From: Calditrichota bacterium
Lineage (GTDB): Bacteria > Electryoneota > B3-LCP
Assembly (NCBI GenBank): GCA_020051775.1
Contig: JAGVQJ010000141.1
Span: forward strand, 853-64,852
Direction: 5' to 3'
DNA length: 64,000 nucleotides
Position 1 is the first letter of the stretch. Every line of letters starts with the position of its first letter. This document shows positions 29,994 to 38,947 of this stretch, piece after piece. Below the pieces are notes generated by a model. That model worked only from the letters and a program-made list of their open reading frames with translations. It was not told the DNA's origin and searched no databases. The position numbers and the translations under genes were made by a program.

Positions 29994-31823
29994 ATGAGAA
30001 TCACATTGACATCCCTCCTCTGCGCTCTCCTGGTCTGGGCTATCCAGGCCGACGCGCGCAATCTCTACGTAGCGATAAACGGCAACAACAACAATCCGGG
30101 TACCATTACTCAGCCTTGGAGAACGATCGGCTATGCCGTCAGCAGTGCCAGCGGTGTCCACTCGGGCGATACCATCGTCGTCCGTCAGGGCAATTACCCC
30201 GAAGAAGTTTTTCCCGAGGTCAGCGGAACTGCCACTCAGCCGATCATCCTGCGCCGGCTGAAGAACGAAACGGTCTCTCTCGACCCAGGTAAAATCCGCT
30301 TCGAAAGCGGTGTCAACCACTGGAAAATCTACGGCATGGTGATCAAGCACTCCAGCTCCAGCGGACTGGAAATTAACGGTACCCATGCTGCCAATTTCCT
30401 GACTGTCTTGAAGTGCACCTTCTCGCACAATGAGCAGGATGGGATTTACCTGAGCGGCAGCTTCGGTGGCATTCAAATTCGCAGCTGCGACATCCAATTC
30501 AATGGAGAAGTGAACGGCGTACCGCAGAACGAAGAAGGTCACGGGATTGTGATTTACGGGAGTTCCGGCCAGCTCATCGTTAAAAACAGCCTGATCGCCA
30601 ACAACTGGCACAAGGGAATTGCCTACGGATCCGACGTGACTCAGTATGATGGAGACAATTCCCAGATTGATTCCAACATGATCATCAACAATTACGAATC
30701 CGGCCTGGACTTCTCCCCGGACAACTCCTTCGTGCGTCACAACTACATCTCGCGCAACGGACAGCGCGATATCGAATCAGGCGAATGGGGAGATAAAGGC
30801 GTTATGGCAAAAGGCATCTGCTCCCACACCACCTTTGCCTTCAACGTCATCAAGTCCAGCGGCGGCATGGAACTCGCGCCTTTGGGGGACCAGTGCTACT
30901 ACTACAACAACACGCTCTACAAGGACATCTTCTACACTGCCGTACCTGGATCGCCCTATCAGTCAACGATTATGTTCTACGACAGCTATGATCCCAGCAG
31001 CGTGTTCCGCAACAATATCATTTGCAACATGCTGAGCCAGGAAGATCACCACTGGGCGATCATCGCTGAAGTCTACCAAGCGTATACCAGCCAAACCTGG
31101 AGTAATAACTTGTACTGGGCGCCTAATTCCAGCCAGCAGTCCCCCGACAACAAACCTTTTAAATTGTATGGCGCCCCGGGTCCCGGTGGTAATATGAAAA
31201 CCCTGGCCGAAGTGCAGGCTACCTGGCCCAACGCAGAGAACAACAGCATTTATGTAAATCCGAGCTTCATTTCCTCGCCGGATTCCAACTTCCAACTGCT
31301 GCCCAACAGCCCTGCCATTGATGCTGGTTACAACGTGGGATTCCCCTACGTAGGCCAGGCCCCGGACATCGGAGCCTACGAATTCAGCACCAGATCTGCC
31401 AATGTCGGCCATCCTTATGGAGGCCTCTTTGAAAATAGCGGGGCGGTGTTGAGATTGAGTGGTGTCGGCGCGGACGAGATGGACCTGTCCGTTGATCCCG
31501 CCACGGATGAGTTGACTTTCGACGCCGATAATGGCTCCGTGCCAAGTGACGCTCTGCCGGGAATGGTTACCCTTGCGCAGAACAATCCCAATCCCTTCAA
31601 TCCGACCACCAGCATCATCTTCAACCTTCCCAATGATGGTATGGTGAAACTAACCGTTTACTCGATCACCGGCCAATTTGTCAAGACCTTGGTCAACAGC
31701 CATCAAACTGCCGGCGCACATGAGGTGACATTCGACGGTTCCAACCTGGCCTCTGGCGTCTACCTCTACCGTTTGGAAGCCGACGGCTTATCACAAACCC
31801 AGAAGATGATGCTGACCAAGTAG
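29994..31823 (+). CDS. Secreted beta-helix protein with T9SS-type C-terminal sorting domain; paralog of 11980-13809
   Basis: It shares about 85% protein identity with the inverted copy. It has a signal peptide (ALLVWAIQADA) and the tail NPFNPTTSIIFNLPNDGMVKLTVYSITGQFVKTL...GVYLYRLEADG...KMMLTK. Confidence 0.8.
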   Translation: MRITLTSLLCALLVWAIQADARNLYVAINGNNNNPGTITQPWRTIGYAVSSASGVHSGDTIVVRQGNYPEEVFPEVSGTATQPIILRRLKNETVSLDPGKIRFESGVNHWKIYGMVIKHSSSSGLEINGTHAANFLTVLKCTFSHNEQDGIYLSGSFGGIQIRSCDIQFNGEVNGVPQNEEGHGIVIYGSSGQLIVKNSLIANNWHKGIAYGSDVTQYDGDNSQIDSNMIINNYESGLDFSPDNSFVRHNYISRNGQRDIESGEWGDKGVMAKGICSHTTFAFNVIKSSGGMELAPLGDQCYYYNNTLYKDIFYTAVPGSPYQSTIMFYDSYDPSSVFRNNIICNMLSQEDHHWAIIAEVYQAYTSQTWSNNLYWAPNSSQQSPDNKPFKLYGAPGPGGNMKTLAEVQATWPNAENNSIYVNPSFISSPDSNFQLLPNSPAIDAGYNVGFPYVGQAPDIGAYEFSTRSANVGHPYGGLFENSGAVLRLSGVGADEMDLSVDPATDELTFDADNGSVPSDALPGMVTLAQNNPNPFNPTTSIIFNLPNDGMVKLTVYSITGQFVKTLVNSHQTAGAHEVTFDGSNLASGVYLYRLEADGLSQTQKMMLTK

Positions 31824-31864
31824 ACATCCATTTACTGAAACCAGTAACCAGTACGCCAAAGCAT

Positions 31865-31898
31865 AGCGGGGCGGTCCAAGAGGCCGCCCCGCTTTATT
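31865..31898 (+). terminator. Rho-independent terminator of the beta-helix paralog
   Basis: AGCGGGGCGG-tccaagag-CCGCCCCGCT is followed by TTATTAAG. Confidence 0.6.
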
Positions 31899-31994
31899 AA
31901 GTAAAACTGACAATAATGGAATTATTGTTAAACCGCTATTAATCCCAGTCGTTTGGTTGCGCGCCATTTATTTTCAGCGGCCATGATTCTCAGT

Positions 31995-32345
31995 TTACGG
32001 ATTATCCGGCGGGCGGAAGCCGTACTCGCGGTTGTCCTGATGCAAACCTTCCAGTTTAATCTCGCCGAAGCGGTCTTCATAGAGCTTCACGTTCTCCTGA
32101 ATTGCCTTGGCGAAGCCTTTTAGGTGCTGGGGTGTCATGATGATGCGCGACTGCACTTTGGCCTTGGGCACGCCGGGCATCACGCGCGCGAAGTCCATGA
32201 CGAATTCGGCGGCGGTGTGAGCGATCAGCACCAGGTTGGCGTAGATGCCTTCGCCCACGGTTTCATCAATGGAAATGTTCAACTGTTGCGGCCCCATGGG
32301 CGGCATGGGACGGGGTGGTTGGGGGGATGTTTTCTGGTCTGCCAT
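31995..32345 (-). CDS. DUF3467-family protein
   Basis: Sequence QQLNISIDETVGEGIYANLVLIAHTAAEFVMDFARVMPGVPKAKVQSRIIMTPQHLKGF. Matches the DUF3467 family as I recall its consensus, which begins with a Q-rich low-complexity N-terminus. Confidence 0.6.
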   Translation of the reverse strand: MADQKTSPQPPRPMPPMGPQQLNISIDETVGEGIYANLVLIAHTAAEFVMDFARVMPGVPKAKVQSRIIMTPQHLKGFAKAIQENVKLYEDRFGEIKLEGLHQDNREYGFRPPDNP

Positions 32346-32520
32346 CGGATCCTCAGGATTTTTCCAAGAATAATACTCAAAATTGCCCGCAATTGCAAGG
32401 AAATTCGCTAAAAGCTGCGATTCCCGCTTGCGTTTGGCGGGATTTTTTCATATCTTTTCAGCCACAGGCTGATTCTGCAAGCTTAGTCTGAATCAGTGCC
32501 ATTTAAACGTTGAGATTACT

Positions 32521-34200
32521 TTGAGACCAAGAATAATTTTTGTGGCGGCCTTTCTCGCGGCTATAGCTTGCTTTCAGCCGGTTTGGGGATCGGGCCGCAC
32601 CTGGGTCATCTTCCGGGATCGGGGATACACCGGTGCTGATCAGATCCGCCAGGCAGTTGACCGGGAAATCGCGACCTTGCTACCCGCCACCCGACAACGG
32701 CTGTTGAAAGTGCGCGCGCCGCAGGATTTGTTGTCCGAGGCCGACTTACCAATATCTCCCGGATATTTACAGGAGATCGAACGAATTACCGGATTGAAAC
32801 CGCATGCGCTGTCCCGCGCCCTCAACGGAGCCAGTTACGCGTTTACTGCGGAACAGATCGTCCAAGCGCGGTCACTCCCCTTCGTAAAAGAGACGAGACC
32901 GGTGCGGGGGTTCCAGTATGATCCTGAAATTCAACGGGAACCAATTTCGCCCCTAAAGCAGGGATATCGGTCAGTTCAGGATTCCGCCGAATATGGGAAT
33001 TCGTGGTTGCAGAATGCCTTAGAGAATTTCATCCCAGCGCATGAAGCGGGATACTCGGGGGCCGGGGTGTTCGTAGGCCAGTTGGATAACGGCTGGAATA
33101 ATCTGGGTCATCGCTGCTTTAATACCTTGGAAGTGGTGGCGCAATGGGATTTCGTGCACGGCGATTCCATCGCCTCGGGCGATCCGGGCGGAGGCACACA
33201 CGGGACGCGAACGCTCTCGTGCTTTGCCGGGTATGACCCTGGATATTTTATTGGTACCGCTCATGGAGTTCACGTCGCGCTGGCCGAGACGGAATCCGAC
33301 CAATACGAACTCCCCATCGAAGAGGACAACTGGGCGGCGGGTATCGAATGGCTGGATTCGTTGGGAGTAGTCATAGCCACCAGTTCCGTGTCCTACGGGA
33401 CGCTACACTCCTACTGGGAGCTTGACGGCAACACGACGGTCATTACCATCGCTGCTGACAATGCGGTGGCTCGGGGGATAGTGGTGCTGAACTCCGCCGG
33501 AAATCACGGCGGTTGGGGTTACCCCGGTGAAAAGATGAGCCCGCCGGCGGACGGCGACAGCGTGTTGGCTATCGGTGCCGTGCAGGGGGATTCAACTCGC
33601 GCGAGCTTCTCCTCCATCGGGCCCACCTATGATGGTCGTATCAAGCCGGATCTGATGGCTCTGGGCACGAGTGTTTTGGTGGCGTCGCCGGGGGATACCA
33701 TCAATTACACCTACGGGAGCGGCACCTCGTTTTCCACGCCGCTGACTGCCGGAGCATGCGCCTTGTTATTGGAAGCCAACCCCAGCTTGACACCCATGCA
33801 GGTGCATGAGTTGCTGAAAGCCAGCGCCACTCAAGCGACTAATCCGGATACACTGAACGGTTGGGGGATCTACAATGTCTGGCAAGCGATCCAGGTGGCG
33901 GGGATCGCGCCTCAGCCTCCGGGTTCGTTGGTTCCATCAGATTTCCAGTTGATCGGAGTGCACCCGAATCCGTTCAATGCCATGACGACCATCAGCTATC
34001 AGATCTCAGCTTTCAGCCAGGTGAAGTTGACAGTTTGGGATGCTGGTGGGAGATTCCTCACGACCTTGGCGAACGAGTATCAGGCCGCCGGGAAGCACTC
34101 CGTAATGTTCCATAGATCAGATTTAGCTTCGGGAATATACTTGGTGAAACTGGAAGTTGATGATGGAGAAACTTCACAGAAACTGGTATTGCTGAAATAG
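32521..34200 (+). CDS. Subtilisin-like serine protease (peptidase S8) with T9SS-type C-terminal sorting domain
   Basis: Catalytic-triad context matches (VGQLDNGWN, GGTHGTRT, GSGTSFSTPLTAGACALL). It has a signal peptide and the tail NPFNAMTTISYQI...GIYLVKLEV...KLVLLK. Confidence 0.85.
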   Translation: MRPRIIFVAAFLAAIACFQPVWGSGRTWVIFRDRGYTGADQIRQAVDREIATLLPATRQRLLKVRAPQDLLSEADLPISPGYLQEIERITGLKPHALSRALNGASYAFTAEQIVQARSLPFVKETRPVRGFQYDPEIQREPISPLKQGYRSVQDSAEYGNSWLQNALENFIPAHEAGYSGAGVFVGQLDNGWNNLGHRCFNTLEVVAQWDFVHGDSIASGDPGGGTHGTRTLSCFAGYDPGYFIGTAHGVHVALAETESDQYELPIEEDNWAAGIEWLDSLGVVIATSSVSYGTLHSYWELDGNTTVITIAADNAVARGIVVLNSAGNHGGWGYPGEKMSPPADGDSVLAIGAVQGDSTRASFSSIGPTYDGRIKPDLMALGTSVLVASPGDTINYTYGSGTSFSTPLTAGACALLLEANPSLTPMQVHELLKASATQATNPDTLNGWGIYNVWQAIQVAGIAPQPPGSLVPSDFQLIGVHPNPFNAMTTISYQISAFSQVKLTVWDAGGRFLTTLANEYQAAGKHSVMFHRSDLASGIYLVKLEVDDGETSQKLVLLK

Positions 34201-34243
34201 CAATTCGCATTGCCAGCAATTAATAGCCTATGCAGGAGCTACT

Positions 34244-36655
34244 ATGCGAACCCTATGCCTGATCACCCTGATGCTCATTTTGGCCGCCACTCTATTCGCT
34301 GCCGAAAGTGAGCGCCACCCAGCCAGCCAATCTCTCGCTTCAGGTTCAGCGGTGACGGCTTCTCGCACCGCCAATCCGATAGTGCCTGCGGGGATAGACG
34401 AGACCGACACCACGTTGTTCAGCGAGAATTTCGAGTCCGGCGGGACCGGCTGGACGTCTCAGGATCTGACCGACATCGGACCGCAATGGCATCCCAGCCC
34501 ATTTAACGGGTACTCGGGCAATTCCTGGTGGTGTGGAGATTCCACGGACGCTTTTGTCGGCTATTATAATTGCTGGCTGCAATACCTGGTCACGCCGACG
34601 ATTGACTTGCAGGGGATATCCAACCCGCAGCTCACCTTTCGCGTGCGCTGGGCGGTGGAAAATCCAGGCGTTTCCGGGCAATACAATGGCTACGATGGTT
34701 GCAATGTGTGGATTTCCACAGACAATGGCTCAAACTGGCAGGTGCTGAATCCGCTGTCGCCGGCTTATAACGCCAGCAGCTTGAAATCCTTCGGCGCGGT
34801 GTTCGGCATGGGCCCCAACATCCCCGGTTGGGTGGATTCGACCTCCGGGCTGAATTGGCAGACGGCGACGTTCAATCTGTCGGCCTTCCCTTCGCGAAAC
34901 GTGAAGATTCGCTGGGCGCTCTGTTCTGATGGAGCGGTCTGTTCCTTTCTGCATCCCGGGATGACCGGCTACTTCGTGGATAACATCCTGGTTTCTTCGG
35001 GGGCGGACACGCTGCTCTTCAACGATGCCGACGGGAACCAAATTGGAGGACCACTCACAACCGCCGCCGGGCCGGGCATGGGCGATTACTGGGCTTTAAG
35101 CACCCTCAGCTCTCACTCTCCGACTCACAGCGAGCGCGTGGACAATGACCATTATTACTTGAGCGACATGCTGATTTCCCCGCCCATTCCCATTCCTGTT
35201 GGATACACAACCAAGTTTCGCTATTGGGTGTTATGCGATCTACCCGATTCCACCCACCCCAGTTCGACCAATCCCAACATGTTGCGGGACTTCTATGTAG
35301 TCTGGGCGCGCCCGATCGGCGGTGAATGGGACACACTGTTCTTCGATTACGCTCGCGGTGGAGCCGGCTATCCGGGCTGGTCTCAGATGGTTCCCGGCAT
35401 TCCCTACAACGGCAATATAGACATGGATCTGAGCGCTTTTGCCGGCCTGAATATTCAACTCGGTTGGCAAGTGGTTCTGGATGGTGATGACCTCAATGGC
35501 CACGGGCAGGGGCTCTTCATTGACGATGTGGAAGTCTACGCCACGGGCGGGCTGCCGAACGACGTCGGCATTAAAAGCCTCCACATACCATTTCCCACGA
35601 CGCTTTATGACACCTTGCAGGGGACGGCGACTATCAGTAATTTCGGCGGCAATAGCAATGCTTTTTATGCGTTCTGGCGAACCGATCTATTAGTTCATAC
35701 TTTCGGTCTAGGCCCCAGTTGGTACCTACCCGGTCTGACCGATTCCAGCGTCAGCTTTGCCTACTTGCCAACGGAGACGGGTGCGATATTTATGGACGCT
35801 TACACCGTTTTTGCCGGAGATCAGAATCACGCCAATGACACCAGTTGGGCCGGTGCGGTAGAAATTTTCCCTATTGGCGAGTGGTTGAGCGAACTGGGGT
35901 ACGACGCTCGTGGATACTCTTACGAAGACACACTGCTATCCCTGCATTATAACCAGGGACATGGTCCCATGGTGCACTTCCTCCAAAATCCCCATACGGG
36001 CTGGAGCTGGGTGCGGGTATTTTTCTGGCAGACAGGCAGTTTCACGGCACATTTCTACAATGGCGACTTCACACAAACTGTCGGATCTGAAATGGGCAGC
36101 ATGACCATTGACATTGGCGCTGATGAAATCTATCCCAACTGGAAAGTGATCACCATTGATCCCTCGGCCGTACCCGGCATGGAATATCGCATGATGCCCT
36201 TCTGGATCTGGTTCGAGATGACGCAGCCCGGCGGAGGCCCCAATATTGTAGGCGATGTGGAGCATTTCGGACAAGGCCATTACTTCGATTATACCAGCAG
36301 TGCTCTCACTGCCATCCCCTACGAAGTATATATGCGCGCCCTTCAGAACGACGCCATAGGCGTGTTGCCTGGAAACGATCCTACGCAGCCATCAAGTTTC
36401 CGTCTGGAAACGCCGCACCCCAATCCGTTCAATCCAACTATGCGTATCGCTTTCACCTTGCCGGGATCAGGTGACATAACGCTGTCGGTTTATGATCTTT
36501 CCGGCCGCCAGGTAGCGGTAATCTCACAGGGGCAATACACATCTGGCCATCATGAGGAAACCTGGGAGGCCGGGACACTCAGTTCGGGGATCTACTTGAT
36601 AAAATTGGAATCGCCCTTTGGTGCGCAAATTCAAAAAGCGGTGCTGGTAAAATGA
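34244..36655 (+). CDS. Large secreted protein of unknown function with T9SS-type C-terminal sorting domain (possible MAM / choice-of-anchor-J-like N-terminal domain)
   Basis: It has a signal peptide (LITLMLILAATLFA) and a Trp/Asn-rich N-terminal region (GWTSQDL...WWCGDS...NVWISTDNGSNWQ). The tail is NPFNPTMRIAFTLPGSGDITLSVYDLSGRQV...GIYLIKLES...KAVLVK. Confidence 0.7.
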   Translation: MRTLCLITLMLILAATLFAAESERHPASQSLASGSAVTASRTANPIVPAGIDETDTTLFSENFESGGTGWTSQDLTDIGPQWHPSPFNGYSGNSWWCGDSTDAFVGYYNCWLQYLVTPTIDLQGISNPQLTFRVRWAVENPGVSGQYNGYDGCNVWISTDNGSNWQVLNPLSPAYNASSLKSFGAVFGMGPNIPGWVDSTSGLNWQTATFNLSAFPSRNVKIRWALCSDGAVCSFLHPGMTGYFVDNILVSSGADTLLFNDADGNQIGGPLTTAAGPGMGDYWALSTLSSHSPTHSERVDNDHYYLSDMLISPPIPIPVGYTTKFRYWVLCDLPDSTHPSSTNPNMLRDFYVVWARPIGGEWDTLFFDYARGGAGYPGWSQMVPGIPYNGNIDMDLSAFAGLNIQLGWQVVLDGDDLNGHGQGLFIDDVEVYATGGLPNDVGIKSLHIPFPTTLYDTLQGTATISNFGGNSNAFYAFWRTDLLVHTFGLGPSWYLPGLTDSSVSFAYLPTETGAIFMDAYTVFAGDQNHANDTSWAGAVEIFPIGEWLSELGYDARGYSYEDTLLSLHYNQGHGPMVHFLQNPHTGWSWVRVFFWQTGSFTAHFYNGDFTQTVGSEMGSMTIDIGADEIYPNWKVITIDPSAVPGMEYRMMPFWIWFEMTQPGGGPNIVGDVEHFGQGHYFDYTSSALTAIPYEVYMRALQNDAIGVLPGNDPTQPSSFRLETPHPNPFNPTMRIAFTLPGSGDITLSVYDLSGRQVAVISQGQYTSGHHEETWEAGTLSSGIYLIKLESPFGAQIQKAVLVK

Positions 36656-37083
36656 CCCGGGAAGAATTCTTCAACCTGCAGCCCCTGGCCATTTTCGGAG
36701 TATCCTCACGCGGGACTGGATTTGGCGTAGCGGCCTTTAAGGACTTGACCAAGCTGGGGATTAAAAGCTACCCCATCAATCCGAAGAATGGTAAGCTGGG
36801 CGACCAAACAATTTACTCCTCGCTGAGCGACCTGCCCGAAAAGCCCAAAGCGGCGGTCATTCTAACCAAAGGCGAGGGTGCTTTAGCCGCCGTGGAGGAA
36901 TGTTCCCGCCACGCCATTGACTGGGTCTGGTTACAGGGCGGTTCCGACGTGCCGGAAGTACAGCGGCTCTGTTCAGAATTAGGCATCAATGCTCTGCGCG
37001 GCCAGTGCATCATGATGCGCCGCGGCATGTTTCCCCATAGCCTGCACAGGTTCTTCCACGACCTTTTCGGCGGAAAATCATAA
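36652..37083 (+). CDS. CoA-binding domain protein (YccU-like)
   Basis: Sequence LAIFGVSSRGTGFGVAAFKDLTKLGIKSYPINPK...AVILTK. It has an ATGA overlap with the upstream gene. Confidence 0.7.
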   Translation: MTREEFFNLQPLAIFGVSSRGTGFGVAAFKDLTKLGIKSYPINPKNGKLGDQTIYSSLSDLPEKPKAAVILTKGEGALAAVEECSRHAIDWVWLQGGSDVPEVQRLCSELGINALRGQCIMMRRGMFPHSLHRFFHDLFGGKS

Positions 37084-37194
37084 TAAAGTTTGGGTGTGGC
37101 GCGAAGTTCAGCACCGAAACAATTCATACGTTAGCAAGGGGTTGAAACCCCTTGTTGCTTCACTTCGTTCGCATTAATTTGCGAAGGAGAGCCC

Positions 37195-37545
37195 ATGACC
37201 GGCATGACGCTGGAAATCCGCGAGAGAAACGGCGGCGCTATCTTTGAAGTAGGCGGCCGCCTGATGTACGAGAACGATTCGCAGGTCTTCCATGAGAAAA
37301 TGGACGAGCAGATTCAGAGCGGTCGTAAGTGGATCATCCTTGACCTCTCGCGGGTCATCGGCATGTCCTCCACCGGCTTAGGAATCCTGATCTGGGCGCA
37401 CCGAACCGCCAAGGAAAAAGGAGTGCTCTTGAAAATCGCTCATCTGTCGGAAAAAGTGCGGTCGGTTTTACAGATCACTCGACTTAACAGTGTGTTCGAG
37501 ATATACGACAGTGTTGAGGCAGCGATTCAAACCACTAAAGGATAA
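37195..37545 (+). CDS. STAS-domain protein (anti-sigma-factor antagonist, SpoIIAA-like)
   Basis: Sequence WIILDLSRVIGMSSTGLGILIWAHRTAKEKGVLLKIAHLSEKVRSVLQITRLNSVFEIY. It is preceded by the RBS AAGGAGAG. Confidence 0.8.
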   Translation: MTGMTLEIRERNGGAIFEVGGRLMYENDSQVFHEKMDEQIQSGRKWIILDLSRVIGMSSTGLGILIWAHRTAKEKGVLLKIAHLSEKVRSVLQITRLNSVFEIYDSVEAAIQTTKG

Positions 37546-37548
37546 GCC

Positions 37549-38886
37549 ATGAAAGCCTATTTGTTATTTATCGGAGTGATTGTTATGGCAACCACCGCCG
37601 TCAGCCAGGTGACCATCACCGTCTATAATCAGAACCTGGGATTGGTCAAGGAAACTCGCACCGTGGAAGTTAAAAAGGGCGCTTTCACCTACGAAGCCGC
37701 CGATGTGGCGGCTTTGATAGACCCCACTTCCGTGCATTTAAAATTGAACGGCGCGGCGGTATTCGAGCAGGATTTCGAGTACGATTTGGTATCCCGCGAC
37801 AGGTTGCTGGAACGCTACCTGGATCAAACCATTCAGGTTTTCACTGACAAGGGCGACATGTTCGAAGGCACGCTGCTGTCGGCCTCAAGTTCCGAACTGA
37901 TACTGCGCTCGGCGGAGGGCCGTGTGCAGGCCGTGGCGCCTACTTTTGTGCGCGACGTGCGTTTCGGCGACCTTCCGGGAGGACTGCGCACCCGTCCCAC
38001 TTTGGTTTGGTCGCTGTTCGGCGATAAAGCGGGAAAGCAGTCGGCGGAACTGAGCTATCTGACGAGCGGCATGAACTGGCACGCCGAATACGTGGCGATC
38101 ATCGCCGAAAAATCACCCAAGCTGGAATTGTCCTCGTGGGTGTCCATTGACAATCGCTGCGGGACTTCGTATGAGAACGCCAAGCTCAAGCTCATGGCAG
38201 GGGACGTGCAAATCGTTCAACCAGTTTATAGCGCTGACAGGCTAAGAAATGCACCTATGGCGGAGATGCAGCTTTCCACCGGCGCGCCTAAATTCGAGGA
38301 AAAGGCATTTTTCGAATATCACCTGTATACCCTCGACAGACCGGTCACGTTGAAAGACCGCCAGACCAAACAGATCAGCCTCTTTTCCCCGGCCACGGTA
38401 AATTCCCACCGCGAGTACGTTTACGACCCCACCCGCAACGCGGAGAAGGTCAGCGCCAAAGTGGTCTTCAAAAATGAGGAGAAAGAGGGACTGGGGATTC
38501 CGTTACCCTCCGGCAAGGTGCGGCTATACCAGCGCGATGACGACGGCGGTCTGGAGTTCGTGGGTGAAGACATGCTGGATCACACGCCTACAGCCAAAGA
38601 GGTGCGCCTGACTGCGGGTATGGCCTTCGATATCTCCGCCAAGTATGAGGTGACCGACCACCAGCGCATCTCTGATCGAATTTACGAGGAGTCTTTCAAA
38701 GTGACGTTGCATAACAGCAAGAAAGATGACGTGACGGTGATCGTCGTGGCCCGCCAGTATGGGGATTGGACTGTTTTGGAACCATCCCTGCCCTACGAGA
38801 AAAAAGACGCCTACACCATGGAATTCAAAGTATCGGTCCCGGCTGACAAGGAAATCGTCCTCACCTACCGTGTGCGCAGACAATAA
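37549..38886 (+). CDS. DUF4139 / DUF4140-family secreted protein (mucoidy-inhibitor MuiA-like)
   Basis: It has a signal peptide, and VTITVYNQNLGLVKETRTVEVKKGAFTYEAADVAALIDPTSVHL matches the family N-terminus. Confidence 0.75.
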   Translation: MKAYLLFIGVIVMATTAVSQVTITVYNQNLGLVKETRTVEVKKGAFTYEAADVAALIDPTSVHLKLNGAAVFEQDFEYDLVSRDRLLERYLDQTIQVFTDKGDMFEGTLLSASSSELILRSAEGRVQAVAPTFVRDVRFGDLPGGLRTRPTLVWSLFGDKAGKQSAELSYLTSGMNWHAEYVAIIAEKSPKLELSSWVSIDNRCGTSYENAKLKLMAGDVQIVQPVYSADRLRNAPMAEMQLSTGAPKFEEKAFFEYHLYTLDRPVTLKDRQTKQISLFSPATVNSHREYVYDPTRNAEKVSAKVVFKNEEKEGLGIPLPSGKVRLYQRDDDGGLEFVGEDMLDHTPTAKEVRLTAGMAFDISAKYEVTDHQRISDRIYEESFKVTLHNSKKDDVTVIVVARQYGDWTVLEPSLPYEKKDAYTMEFKVSVPADKEIVLTYRVRRQ

Positions 38887-38947
38887 GACTGTACCGCAAT
38901 CCCAAGCACCGCCGCCTCGAAAAGAAATCTACGCCCCCAAGGGAGCC

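Noticed and set aside
38759-38947. ORF-track start of recG overlapping the DUF4139 gene by 128 nt
   Set aside because: The overlap is implausibly long and the N-terminal sequence is not RecG-like. A TTG at 38948 gives a canonical RecG N-terminus, though the start remains uncertain.
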